A stretch of 64,000 nucleotides of DNA. Source: Octopus sinensis (lineage: Eukaryota). Positions 52,880-64,000 of the stretch are shown in pieces. Every line of letters starts with the position of its first letter. Position 1 is the stretch's first letter. The notes below the pieces were generated by a model. That model was not told where the DNA came from. It did no database searches and saw only the letters and a list, made by a program, of their open reading frames with translations. The stretch covers positions 174,592,001 through 174,656,000 of the forward strand of contig NC_042998.1 in assembly GCF_006345805.1 (NCBI RefSeq), written 5' to 3'. Both the position numbers and the translations under genes were made by a program.

Positions 52880-53659
52880 CTATAAACATTATAAACTTAA
52901 TTACAGAAAGATGCTACATACAAATAACATAATAATAATTTCTTAATGGAGCAACAATTTTTCTATATACGGGGTCAGGTAAGTGGCAAGTTGTAGAGTT
53001 TATACCTTTCCCAAAAATATTTACTCAGTGAAGGCATTTACCATTAACAAATAAAAATTAGCATGAACTCAGCAACTGGTTAACCACAAACAAGGTAACA
53101 GATTCTTTTCTTACGGTCTTATGGCCTTGTTTGTTATTTCGGCAGAAGCAGAAAACACGTAAAGAATAAAACGGTCTTGATTTTATCAAAATATGGCACA
53201 GGGGATTTCTTTTTGACCAAATATGAAGACCCCCCATGTTTTAGAAGAGGCATCAATGGAAAGTGTAATGTTCATGCTTTTCTCAAAGGAGTGTAAGGGA
53301 AGTGATATAGTTTCATCAGAGGACTAAAACCAGTTTACTATCTTGACTCCCCAGGAGTTTACTTCTTGGTCAAACGTGCTGGCTCTGGTATTGACTATAG
53401 TGATTGGTAAGGAAAAAAGTACCAGGTTTTCAGAGTAAATATTTTTCCCACTTATTTTTTTCGTTTGTTTGAATTAAGTGGCAAAAAAACAAAAGATATT
53501 ATTTTTTCATTTAACTAAACAAAGGATAGGTTGAAAAGTATGACTTTTATTAAGTTACAAAGTAATACCAGTAGTTAAATTTGAACTCAAATGAAGGCAC
53601 GTAGTTGGCATTGATGTATTTTTGAAAATGGAATCATAGAGAGTATTTAACAAGTTAAC

Positions 53660-54003
53660 AGGCATAGGAGTGGCTGTGTGGTAAGTAGCTTGCTTACAAA
53701 CCACATGGTTCTGGGTTCAGTCCCACTGTGTGGCACCTTGGGCAAGTGTCTTCTACTATAGCCTTGGGCCGACCAAAGCCTTGTGAGTGGACTTGGTAGA
53801 CAGAAACTGAAAGAAGCCCATCGTATATATGTATATATACATATATATATATTTGTTTCTCTCCTTGTTTTTTCTGTGTACCTTTCTGTAGAAGAGCGTA
53901 GGCTCGAAACGTAAAAGACTTTTTCTATTCCTGAGCATTATACTAATACATCTGTTTATTTTGTACACTACTTGTCTTCGTCTTTTGTTTTTTTTGTAAA
54001 CTT

Positions 54004-54058
<55 letters not shown>

Positions 54059-54280
54059 ATATGTTTGTGTGTCTGTGTTTGTCCCCCCAACATCGCTTGA
54101 CAACTGATGCTGGTGTGTTTACGTCCCCATAACTTTTGCGGTTCAGCAAAAGAGACCAATAGAATAAGTACTAGGCTTACAAAGAATAAGTCCCGGGGTC
54201 GATTTGCTTGACTAAAAGTGGTGCTCCAGCATGGCCACAGTCACATGAATGAAACAAGTAAAAAAAGAGTAAAGAGAGTA
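53660..54280 (+). mobile_element. Family-C SINE with a Penelope-like fragment in its microsatellite
   Basis: SINE head 53660-53825, insert ~53851-54010, SINE 3' half 54060-54280. Confidence 0.8.
53882..53917 (+). ncRNA. Degenerate minimal hammerhead ribozyme motif in a Penelope-like fragment
   Basis: CUUU-CUGUAGA-A-GAGC(GUAG)GCUC-GAAA-CG-UA-AAAG; stems I and II perfect, core A6>U. Confidence 0.5.
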
Positions 54281-54365
54281 TACATGTACTTCTGATTAGA
54301 AGGAATTAATCATCTGATGAACAGTTACCACATGAGAAGCAGATAAATACATTATAATCCTTCAC

Positions 54366-54461
54366 CTGGGTTTGAAGTTGTTCCTCATTTAATGTGTTTG
54401 CCCACAATGTAAAACGTTTCATTGAATCTGATGGTTCTCGGTGGAAACGGCTTCCAATAAG
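54366..54461 (-). CDS. B3GNTL1: B3GNTL1/QTGAL exon
   Basis: ttctag|LIGSRFHREPSDSMKRFTLWANTLNEEQLQTQ|GTGAAG; 96 nt. Confidence 0.9.
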
Positions 54462-54639
54462 CTAGAAGGCAAGAAACAGTATAAGGCATAAATAATGATA
54501 AAATATCAAGCAAAACTGGTTTTTTTTTTGACATAATGGCACAAACTGAGAGATAGGTCCTTACAGGTTTTGGTTTAAAGTCCTCTTAGTTACAGTTTTA
54601 CTATTTCAGAGAAAATACTGTTGATATTCTTATGGTTAA

Positions 54640-54859
54640 CCCTTTCGTTACTGTATTTATTTTGAGATGCTCTGTGTTTCTTTCAATTACTTTAAATATA
54701 ACAAAGAATTTAGTAAAATAACTTAGTTATCATTCAGTTAGTGTTAGGAACATAAATTGCGGCTAAGGTTTGGTGGAAGATTTTAATTCAAAACTTATGA
54801 AAACAAGACATTTGTACTGAGAGCCAGAGCTGGTTTCAGCTGGATTGGTAACAAAAGGG
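54640..54859. mobile_element. piggyBac-type MITE, same family as 29991-30204, opposite orientation
   Basis: TTAA flanks, CCCTTTCGTTAC / GTAACAAAAGGG termini, reverse-complement interior match. Confidence 0.85.
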
Positions 54860-55935
54860 TTAAATAGCTCAGATCAGCTTCAATTGAAGAGATTTAAGAC
54901 ACAAAACTAGCTAATTAAATAAATAATACAATCAGTGTTTTTTGGTCATTGCCAACTCATTATCTTTTTAAATTTAATTCAAGTTTTTCTAAAATTTTAG
55001 ACTTAAATATATACTTTTCATTTTAAAATTATAGAGCATCTGTTGTTGCTAAACTCTGAGTCAACTCTTATTAAACAGAACTGTACAATTCACCAGCTTT
55101 TCCCTGCTACTGTTTTTATCCTTCTTATTACCCAAAACCATTTCATTTGTTAGCCATCCTTCATTCTTAATACTGTCCCTTCCTCATCGTTTCCTATCTT
55201 CTGAACCCCACCTTTTTCTGCACTGCCAGTCATTTCCTACTCTCTCCCCAGCCACCCCCAACTTATATACCATATTGGTCAACCACCCACCTACCCCTTA
55301 TCCACCATCAACCTACCCAATTTCTACAACTGACTCCAAACTACTCTCCCTGACCTTCTCTACTTATCATCCCTTAACACCTGTATTTTATTATATTCAC
55401 ACCCTAACCCATTCCCTCACTTTTCCATACTCTTGCAATGTCTATGCACATCCACTCCCTGTCCCCACTCATTGATATTTGTTCCTAACTCAAGGATCCA
55501 CCCTGACATCTCATAACCACTATTTTATCTCTTTCCAGTTCCATGGTCACCCCCATCATCTCTTTTATAATGTTATTAGCCATATAGCTCTTCAAAAGCA
55601 AGAAACCTCTTCTGCTCTAGCCCCTTCTCTCATACTTTAACCCTCCATCTCCTACTATGATGCCATCTCCCGCTCTACAGTAGCCCTATTTAGTTGAAAG
55701 GAATCTTGATTTGTTTTACAAGCTTCATGACAACCTCATTAGGGCTGGTGTCACAGATAAAGCACCCACCCCTGTACACTCTATGAAGTGGTTGGCATTG
55801 GGAAGTACATCCAGCTGCAGAAACTGGAACACAATGCAGTTCTTGGACAGTTTGGCATGTCAAACTGTTCTATTCATGCTAGCATAGAATAGAGACATTA
55901 AATGATGATGATGATGATACTGATGATGACGACGA

Positions 55936-56157
55936 TTGGCAGAAACGTTAGCACGCCGGGCAAAATGCATAGCCGTATTTCGTCTGCCGTTACATTCTGA
56001 GTTCAAATTCCACCGAGGTCGACTTTGCCTTTCATCCTCTCGGGGTCAATTAAATAAGTACCAGTTACACACTGGGGTCGATATAATCGACTTAATCCAT
56101 TTGTCTGTCCTTGTTTGTCCTCTCTGTGTTTAGCCCCTTGTGGGTAGTAAAGAAATA
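55936..56157 (+). mobile_element. Family-B SINE monomer inserted at the (GAT)n tail of an RTE 3' end
   Basis: Same head and body, single unit, flanked by gatgat repeats. Confidence 0.85.
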
Positions 56158-56247
56158 GATTATGATGATGATAAGTGTCATAGAAATGTCTGTTTTTCAG
56201 AGGGGATGAAAAAGTATAGCTTAGCTGAGTGAAAGACTTCTACATAC

Positions 56248-56313
56248 ACACTCTGGATGTTCGAAGGCAGCATTGTATTGAATTTGTACTCGTTCTACAC
56301 TCATGACATCATC
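56248..56313 (-). CDS. B3GNTL1: B3GNTL1/QTGAL exon
   Basis: tttcag|DDVMSVERVQIQYNAAFEHPEC|GTATGT; completes LDADD; 66 nt. Confidence 0.9.
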
Positions 56314-56399
56314 CTGAAACGGCATATCATTATTATTAATTCATTACTGAAATCTAGAATGAAATGACAGAATTATCAGTTTTAAGAAAAAGATATAAA

Positions 56400-56430
<31 letters not shown>

Positions 56431-58769
56431 TTTTTTTTTTGTAATGGAATAAAAACTATTTTTCATCTAAAGCAACATGGAAAGTGTGAATAACAAAATA
56501 CATTTCAAAAGAAAAATTTTTAATAAGAAAAAGAATGTGAAACAGAAATAAAATAGTAAAAACAAAAGACTATTGATAATGTAGAATAAAAGAGTTAAAG
56601 ACTATCACATACAATAGAATAACATGGAACAGAAAGATAACAATAAGATTGAAAAAAGAACACTGCACAAAACAATATGTGAGATAAAAACAGAATAAAA
56701 GAATACTACACAAACTAGAAAATAAAATACAAATTGAACATTATGGAATGAAAGAATGTTTATTATTAGAAATAAAAGAATGCAACAAAATAATCTTATC
56801 AGAGATAAAAATAAGACATAATGGAATGAAAGAATAAAAGAATGCATCACCAACAAAAATGAATAAGGAATTCTTTTTTGTCATGTGTTTATCTTTCACA
56901 ACTAAAACCAGCAAAAAAAGGTTTCTTGTTTGTCATTCCGTGTTTTGTCTATATTATATTTAGCTCAAAGGACTCAGTCAAGAACGCTATAATGTAATAT
57001 GGAACTAAATATGTTTTAGAAATGTCTCCAGGCTTCTATAAAAGAGCTCACTCACTCGCTTTCACTTTCTCTCTCTCTTTCTGGGGAATTCCACATTTAC
57101 AAAAACCTGTCATCGATAACAAGAATAATAAACTCATTCTTGCCTAAAATCTTATATTTTCTTGCAAAGACATAAATTTATATAAATGCAAGGCTTTTAA
57201 GAGTAGAAATACAAAGTTGTGATATGGTCATACTTTTCCCAAAAACATCATCAAAGCAAGTAAAAAATATTCTAAGAAACTAAAACTAAATTGTGCCTTC
57301 AGCTCCCCACAATATGGGGTCAGCATAATCCCCTTCATCACTTTGTCGCTTTCAACTTTAATTTTAATCATCAATGAAGGAGCCATTTTTGCATTTGTTT
57401 AGCAGTTAAATCTCCCTCAAACCATACCCTACTGAGAAAGAAGATATAGAACAGCATAGCACTTTATACGTGTCTGAGGGAAAAGATCATAGATGGAACA
57501 CCTCTGGTCTTGATCTACATCATCAAAGCTGGCTTGGAGTTAAATTATAACCACAGCAACTTATTGTCATCAATCATTAACTTCTCTCTCTCTCTTTCCT
57601 GTTACTAGATAATGGTCTGGTACAGATGTAGATGATAGAGCTCAGCAATCAGGAAATAGTCGGACAATTTTTTATGATGACATTAACAATTATTTTCTGC
57701 TGCTAATAGTAATCATAAAGACATTAAAAATTCATACAGCAGTTATAGCAAAGATATTCTCTGGTGATCATGCATTTAGAACAATTGATACTTCATCCAA
57801 TTGTTGGATTTCCTTCTTCAAAGCCAGAAAATATTTTAGCAAGCTGGCAGAATCTTCAGAGTGTTGGATAAAATACCTTGTGGCAATTGTTTAGACTCTT
57901 TATGTCTAAACAAGTGAGTTCAAATCTCTCTTAGGTTACTTTTGCTTTTGACCCTTTCGGAATTTGATAAAATTAAATACCAATCAAGTAACTGGAGTTG
58001 ATGGTATCAGCTAACCACTTTCCCCTCAAAACTAGTGATCTGGTATTTCGTTTTTGGATTTGGTTTGCAAGATTCTTTATATGAGTTCGTGTATTGAAGC
58101 ATATTCTGTTGTGTCTGGGAAGAGCCATTTTCTTTTTGTGTCTTATAATGTAATAATAAAAATAAGAAATACGTGGAAATTTTACCAGTGAGTGTGTTAC
58201 ATTACAAGGCACAAAAAGAAAATGACTCTCCCCAGACACAACAGAATAGTGGTCTGGTACTTATATCAGAAACCAATGTTGTTGTTGTTTTGTTGCTGCT
58301 GCTGTTGTTGTTGTTGTTCTTCTTCTTCTTCTTGCTAAGCAGCAAATTGGTAGAACTATTAGCACATCAGACAAGATGCCTAGCAGCATTTCTTCTGGCT
58401 TTGTTTTCTGCCAACATCAACTTGACTTTTCATTCTTTCAGGGTTGATAAAATAAGTACCAGTCAAGCACTGGAGTTGATGTAAGTGATTCTCTCCCTCC
58501 CCCAAAATTTCAGGCCTTGTGAAAAAAAAAAAAAGATTCGAGCGAGGTCATTGCCAGTGCTGCCTGACTGGCCCCCATACCAGTGGCACGTAAAAAGCAC
58601 CCACTACACTCTTGGAGTGGTTGGCGTTAGGAAGGGCATCCAGCTGTAGAAACTCTGCCAAATCAAAATTGGAGCCTGGTGCAGCCATCTGGCTCGCCAG
58701 CCCTCAGTCAAAATCGTCCAGCCCATGCTAGCATGGAAAGCGGACGTTAAACGATGGTGATGATGATTA

Positions 58770-60000
58770 CTACTACTTCAACTACCACTACATGCTATAT
58801 TAGTTTGCAGGGATCTTGTCTTGAGGTTTGGTGATAATAAGTCTCCTCAAATCTCAGGAATTTTTCTTAGGATTCTTGCAGAATAAAAGATTGCACTTTT
58901 CTGCAGCTTGATAATATAAGTCTCAATTCCAATATCCTTCAGCCTCTTAGGAAGCAATCTGAGTGCTGTGCCAAGTGCACCAGTTACCACAGGAATAATT
59001 ATCATCTTTATCGTTGCCAGTACCGCCAGACTGGCCCTCATGCTGGTGGCATGTAAAAGCACCAACACCATTTGAGCGTGGCCATTGCCAGTACCACCAG
59101 ACTGGCCTTCGTGCCGATGGCATATAAAAGCACCCACTACACTCTCGGAGTGGTTGGTGTTAGGAAGGGCATCCAGCTGTAGAAACTTTGCCAGATCAGA
59201 TTGGAGCCTTGTACAGCCATCTGGTTCACCAGTCCACAGTCAAATCATCCAACTCATGCTAGCATGGAAAGCGGACGTTAAATGATGATGATGATGATCT
59301 TACACAATCTCTTAATCTCTCTTCCTAAGTCATGATATTTCCCAATTTCTTTGGTATCCACTCTATTATATGGTATTATACAGTCTATGATCTCATACTG
59401 TTTGTTTCTTTTGCCCTCTATAATCATGTTTAGTTTTCTTACTTCAATAGTATGGTCAGTATTTATGGGGAAGTCCCATAAAATACTGTAATTCTTATTC
59501 TTTATAACAGCCTTTGGCTTGTGTTCATTTCACTCTCTCGTATTTCTAGGCTGTAGCTAAGAGACTGCATCAAGCCATCTATATCCAACATGTATACTTT
59601 AAACTTTGCCATTTCTGTACTGCTAACTATCACTCTCTCTTCAGTGGAACATTTCTACTGCCAGTCATCACCTACTCTTACTTTTGTCAATCATCCACTC
59701 TCAACTCCATCCCAATAACCCTGCCTTTTCTAACATACTCTTGCTTCTTCCATTCACCCATCCTGGTCCTCCTGCTGTCATCACTTTCTCTCATGTTCTC
59801 CTCAGTCACTTAAGAGACTTTGCACATTCTAGATAATTGAATTCTCTCAACACTTACTCTTTTGCCCCTTTCATCCACCTATTTCTAGCTGTTCTGCTAT
59901 TACCACACTCTGTCTCTTTCTATCGGTTTCTTCTAATATCCTCTTTGGTTTACATATCATAGCTTACTGAGTACCCTCTAAATTTTACTGCTTCCAAGGC
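58770..60000 (-). mobile_element. Decayed RLE-type non-LTR retrotransposon (R4/Dong-like), interrupted by an RTE 3' end at 59010-59298
   Basis: WDFPINTDHTIE...IIDCIIP..RVDTKEIGKYHDLGREI resumes after the insert as IIPVVTGALG..LQKSAIFYSARILRKI*. Confidence 0.75.
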
Positions 60001-60637
60001 ATACATACATATGTGGTAGTACAACAAAAGAAAGAACTTGCACAGTCACTCTGCATGGTGAGAGAGATAACTTTTCTCGTATTGGTGCTCTAAAAAATGC
60101 ACCCAATGTACACTATGGAATGGTTGGCAAATGAATAGAGAAAGTGTAGGGATGTGAGGTCCCTTTAGTCCTATCTTGTTTAGGACTTAACCTCTCTAGA
60201 GTTGGTGCCACAAGAATGCACCTAATATACTCAGTAAAGTTGTAAAAAAGTTGTGATTGAAGGTCATCTACTGAGGAAACCAAACTAAATGATACATACA
60301 AGTACCAGTTGATGAAAGCAACAGCTCCTAATAAGAAATTACTCAGCTGATGGAATCCTGTCAAACCTATGCCTGCATTAAAAGCAGACATTTAATGTTG
60401 ATGATTGCACAAGTCAAACAACAGTGTAAAAAGCTACCTCAGAAGATTCTCTTTCATCCTGACCAATTCCATCACAACTCTTCTTGTTGCTGACTAGAGT
60501 TTGAATAAATTGCAGCTTTGTTTGTTCATATTCGTCCGTTTTAGGTATCATATAAATTACATTCACTCAATTTATAGACAAACCTACATTTATGAAGGTA
60601 AAATTTCATACTTGAAAAAACAGTTAATCACACTTAC

Positions 60638-60702
60638 AGCATCCAAAAAGCAAAGGAAATGGCCACAACTATTTTCCACAGCTCTGTTTCGAGCAAAACC
60701 AA
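60638..60702 (-). CDS. B3GNTL1: B3GNTL1/QTGAL exon (first half of the DxD region)
   Basis: ttgcag|(V)GFARNRAVENSCGHFLCFLDA|GTAAGT; 65 nt. Confidence 0.92.
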
Positions 60703-60918
60703 CTGCAAGTAAAAAGAAGCAAAAATTTGTTTAGTTTAATAATAATATGAGCATAACTACTTGCTTATACACAATCCATGAGTCATTTCAGGTAAATCGT
60801 ACAACAAAGGTATATTAAGTTAATCTATACATAATGAATTTTTATTTATTTATCTTTTTAAAAGAATAAAAATAACATTTGAGTAGAGGCAAAATGGCTC
60901 AGTTAACAAACTACTTAA

Positions 60919-61137
60919 CCCTTTAGTATTCAGATTATTCAATCAAACATAATGCCTACTGATTCCCATTGATTTGAATTAATCATGCATTATCTCATAT
61001 CTTCAAGATCTTAATGGTGTAATTACTTAATGTAGAATAACATTGTAGGGTTGGTGTGAGAGCCTGGATCTGGTCAGTTTGAACATAAAACAGATTAGCT
61101 ATTTTGGCCGGATATGGCCGGTTTAAATACTAAAGGG
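60919..61137. mobile_element. Second piggyBac-type MITE family
   Basis: TTAA|CCCTTTAGTATT...AATACTAAAGGG|TTAA. Confidence 0.8.
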
Positions 61138-62477
61138 TTAATTACCAGATCATAGATTTAAAGGTCAAACTCTCTCACTCTCATCATTTAACATCTATTT
61201 TCCATGCTGGCATGGGTTGGATGGCTTGACAAGAACTGGCAAGGCCAGAGACAACACCAGGTCCCATAGTCTGTTTTGGCTGGCTTGATGACCTTCCTGA
61301 TGCTAACCACTTTACAGAGTGTACTGGGTGCTTTTTACATGGCACCAACACCAGAGCTTTTTACATGGCACCAGCACCCTGAAAACAATTTGTAATATCT
61401 CTAGACAAAATAATACATCTTATTTGCTTCCATTCACTGGAAATATACCAAGTGTTTGATGTATGTGAACTTAAATATTTTGAAAACTTATAACATGCAC
61501 TATCTCAATTTTAGCAGGCCCTTTCTTGAACTACCATTTATCTACATTCTGATTTTGTGTTTATATCAAAATCAAAATCAATTCGATGACTGGCATCCAT
61601 GCTAGCGGGGTGCAAAGAGCACCATACGAGTGTGATCGTTAACAGAGCGGCTATTCAAGTATGATCATTACCAGCATCACCTTACTGGCACTTATGCCTG
61701 TGCTAGTAGGGTGCCAAGAGCACCATCCAAGCATGATCGTTGCCAGAGCAGCCAACTGGCTTCCGTACCCATGGCATGTAAAAGGGCACCATTCGAGCAT
61801 GATCGTTACCAACATCGCTTCACTGGTACATGTAAAAAGATTCGAGCGAGGTCATTGCCAGTACCGCCTGACTGGCCCCCAGAGTGGTTGGTGTTAAGAA
61901 GGGCATCCAGCTGTAGAAACTCTGCCAGATCAAGATTGGAGCCTGGTGCAGCCATCTGGTCCGCCAGCCCTCAGTCAAAATCGTCCAACCCATGCTAGCA
62001 TGGAAAGCGGACGTTAAACGATGATGATGATGATGATGAAGATGCAGAGTGATTTTCTGGGGCATAGTTTTGGATAAGAAGTGCACCATATAAGTATACC
62101 ACTCAGTTAAACAATATCTTTCATCTTCTTAGAAATTAATGAAAAGCAGTACAAGTAATATACTACAGAAATACAATGCTCCTACAAATTCAGTTTATAC
62201 TCTACAAACGAACAAAATTAATATTTTTAAAAAATATTTTTTTTAAATATTAAAAAAAACTTGTCGCAGATACAATGATGTTAAGTTTTTGAACTTAATC
62301 CATAGACAAGTTTTGTTCTTATATTGAACTAATTCACTTCACATAGACAGATAATGTGCACAAAGAAGTTATGAATTTTAAAGCTTCTTATCTTTTGAGG
62401 CCAAAAATTGCAGGTTTCAGATCTGTATAAAAAAGATATCTATAAATAAAGGAGAAAATGTAACGTTAGTGACTTAC

Positions 62478-62577
62478 CTCCCTTGGGCGAACCATATTTA
62501 TTTTTCATTAAAGTAACTTGGATATTTTTTTCTTTTAATTTTGATCTCCAAACCTCTAAAAGGTCAAATGAATCATC
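62478..62577 (-). CDS. B3GNTL1: B3GNTL1/QTGAL exon
   Basis: actttag|DDSFDLLEVWRSKLKEKNIQVTLMKNKYGSPKG+G|GTAAGT; 100 nt. Confidence 0.85.
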
Positions 62578-62617
62578 CTAAAGTTTCAAATAAATAATAT
62601 CAATTATTATTATCTCA

Positions 62618-62621
<4 letters not shown>

Positions 62622-62655
<34 letters not shown>

Positions 62656-63314
62656 TATTATTATTATTGAGTGATAGAGCAGTGCATGCCATCAAAGTGA
62701 CATTGGGGTAAAATATACGAAGCCCAGTATACCCATCATGACTACCCGTCTGATAAGGGTACACCAGGCACATGCATCACAACCATATGTGTGCAACATG
62801 ATCTCATATCAAGATAAACAGCGCATGACCTTGCAGTTGGAGCCCAGTTAGTGGCTCTCGTGGCTTCTGATCTTAACTGATTGGAAGTGTTATCATGTAC
62901 ATTGTTTTGTCTTGGTATAAAAGATGGGCTACAGCAAATATTCTGCTCAATACCACAGATTTGCTTGTCAGTTGTTTGACCTTAACCAGTTGAGCATGTC
63001 CCTTAGTGGCTGACAATATGTGCATCTCTGATCATGAGCAGAAGTAGTGGGGGAGAATCATAGCTATGTGTTGAGAGGGATTCTTTGGGGTTTGAATAAT
63101 TCACCTCTGGAAACATGGGTGTTTCGTTCAACATCCTCAAACAACTCTTACTCAGGGACCTGTTGAGTGGGATGGGTTACTCGACTAGAAGGAAATTCTA
63201 ACTGGGCCCCAACTGCAAGGTCATGCACTGTTTATCTTGATATGAGATCACCATGTCACGCACATATGGTTGTGATGCATGTGCCTAGTATACCCTTATC
63301 AGATGGGTAGTCAT
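62622..63314. mobile_element. (TAA)n-tailed retroelement with an inverted 5' segment and ~115-bp inverted duplication
   Basis: (TTA)n at 62622-62668; 62738-62851 is the reverse complement of 63198-63314. Confidence 0.7.
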
Positions 63315-64000
63315 AAATAGATAATTTTACATAGGTGGAACGATTAGAGGACATTTTCACAGTTATTTTAAGACCAAAACCAGCTTCCTAACTTCATTCC
63401 TTGCCAAGATATCACATTCTGAAAGTCACAAAATTTTGACTGTGTTTTTCTCAGTTTTTAAGTTGTGGCACTTATGACTGTCTGTTACTAAACACCTCAT
63501 TTGGTGATATACATCTTGTTTGTTCAAACAAGTAGAAACCTTTATGATAGACACAGACATCAAGTGTTAATGAACTTATCATTATAGCATGTTGACAGCT
63601 GAAAGTTTGTTTATTGTGTTCCCTTTTGTGCATGTGACTGTGTGCATGCATGCTTGCGTGTGTGCATGTGTAAGTGTGTCATTGTGTAGGACATTTATGT
63701 ATGCAGCTAGCACTGTAGTACTCTAATACTGGATACATATGTATGGTGTAGAGGATCAACGACTATTCAGAGCTAAAGTATTTTTGGGCCCTGAAGAGAT
63801 AAATTCAGCTTTAGGATGCGCAGTTCAAGAATTTGGACCAGGAGATCTCCATTTCCAGCGACTTTGAGGGCCACCTCCCAGTGGTGTCGGGCGTTAACGA
63901 AGAGCCCTCGACTACAACAAGACGACCTAAGTTTTTTTCTTTTTTCCGAAGGTCTGGGGGTCTCCCGCCCCTAAGCCCTAGACCATCACCTAATCACCCT

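Larger units (their letters stand above)
5095..62040. repeat. Dispersed short RTE 3'-end copies: ~5095-5400, 7284-7380, 12701-13075, 26619-26710, 34615-34780, 42289-42650, 43931-44365, 44706-44862, 45860-46270, 46725-46935, 50141-50320, 50798-51110, 55760-55935, 58535-58768, 59010-59298, 61183-61380, 61560-62040
   Basis: Shared terminus (CAT)n-cgtttaacgtccgctttccatgctagcatgggttgg and ctacagctggatgcccttcctaacgccaacc, in both orientations; boundaries approximate. Confidence 0.85.
33732..62577 (-). other. B3GNTL1: B3GNTL1/QTGAL-like gene (GT2 glycosyltransferase; queuosine-tRNA galactosyltransferase ortholog), 10 coding exons; first coding exon(s) not found
   Basis: Spliced translation DDSFDLLEVWRSKLKEKNIQV...PKG VGFARNRAVENSCGHFLCFLDA DDVM..RVQIQY.. 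[43 protein letters not shown].. GTPEDLIFFYKHL.. TIWNAGKQGRKFYRSL.. FCDVDAKKI.. PKPRVPICHF.. DLTGGKFEENLNSLHLKENQDYHYFS* is collinear with human B3GNTL1 as I recall it. Confidence 0.94.

Noticed and set aside
56380-56880. A-rich low-complexity tract with a hydrophobic 83-aa minus ORF
   Set aside because: Compositional artefact of poly-pyrimidine intron sequence upstream of a QTGAL acceptor
63540-63580. Minus-strand MSVSIIK, resembling the B3GNTL1 N-terminus VSII
   Set aside because: No following LPV.N motif and no convincing exon; the first coding exon probably lies beyond the window
63780-64000. GC-richer terminal segment, possible promoter or repeat edge
   Set aside because: Cut by the window edge; no diagnostic motif

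Overview
AT-rich, intron-rich animal genomic DNA. The SINE/RTE repeat families and dense (CA)/(TA)/(GAT) microsatellites resemble an octopus/cephalopod genome; this is inferred from repeat recognition, not proven. Two convergent (tail-to-tail) spliced genes were reconstructed exon by exon, with GT-AG sites and consistent phases. (1) + strand, 6376-28043: the 3' half of a MARF1/Limkain-b1 ortholog (tandem LOTUS/OST-HTH domains), 10 coding exons; its NYN/RRM exons are not found here and presumably lie upstream. (2) - strand, 62577-33732: a B3GNTL1/QTGAL ortholog (queuosine-tRNA galactosyltransferase, GT2 fold), 10 coding exons including the stop; the first coding exon(s) were not found. Introns and intergenic DNA are packed with mobile DNA: about 20 RTE 3' ends carrying a variable ~62-bp internal minisatellite, tRNA-derived SINEs, two RLE-type LINE remnants (HERO-like, R4/Dong-like), Tc3-like, DD37D and mariner remnants, and piggyBac-type MITEs. 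Penelope-like fragments carry degenerate minimal hammerhead-ribozyme motifs. Most entries in the supplied ORF track are artefacts of microsatellites and repeats.
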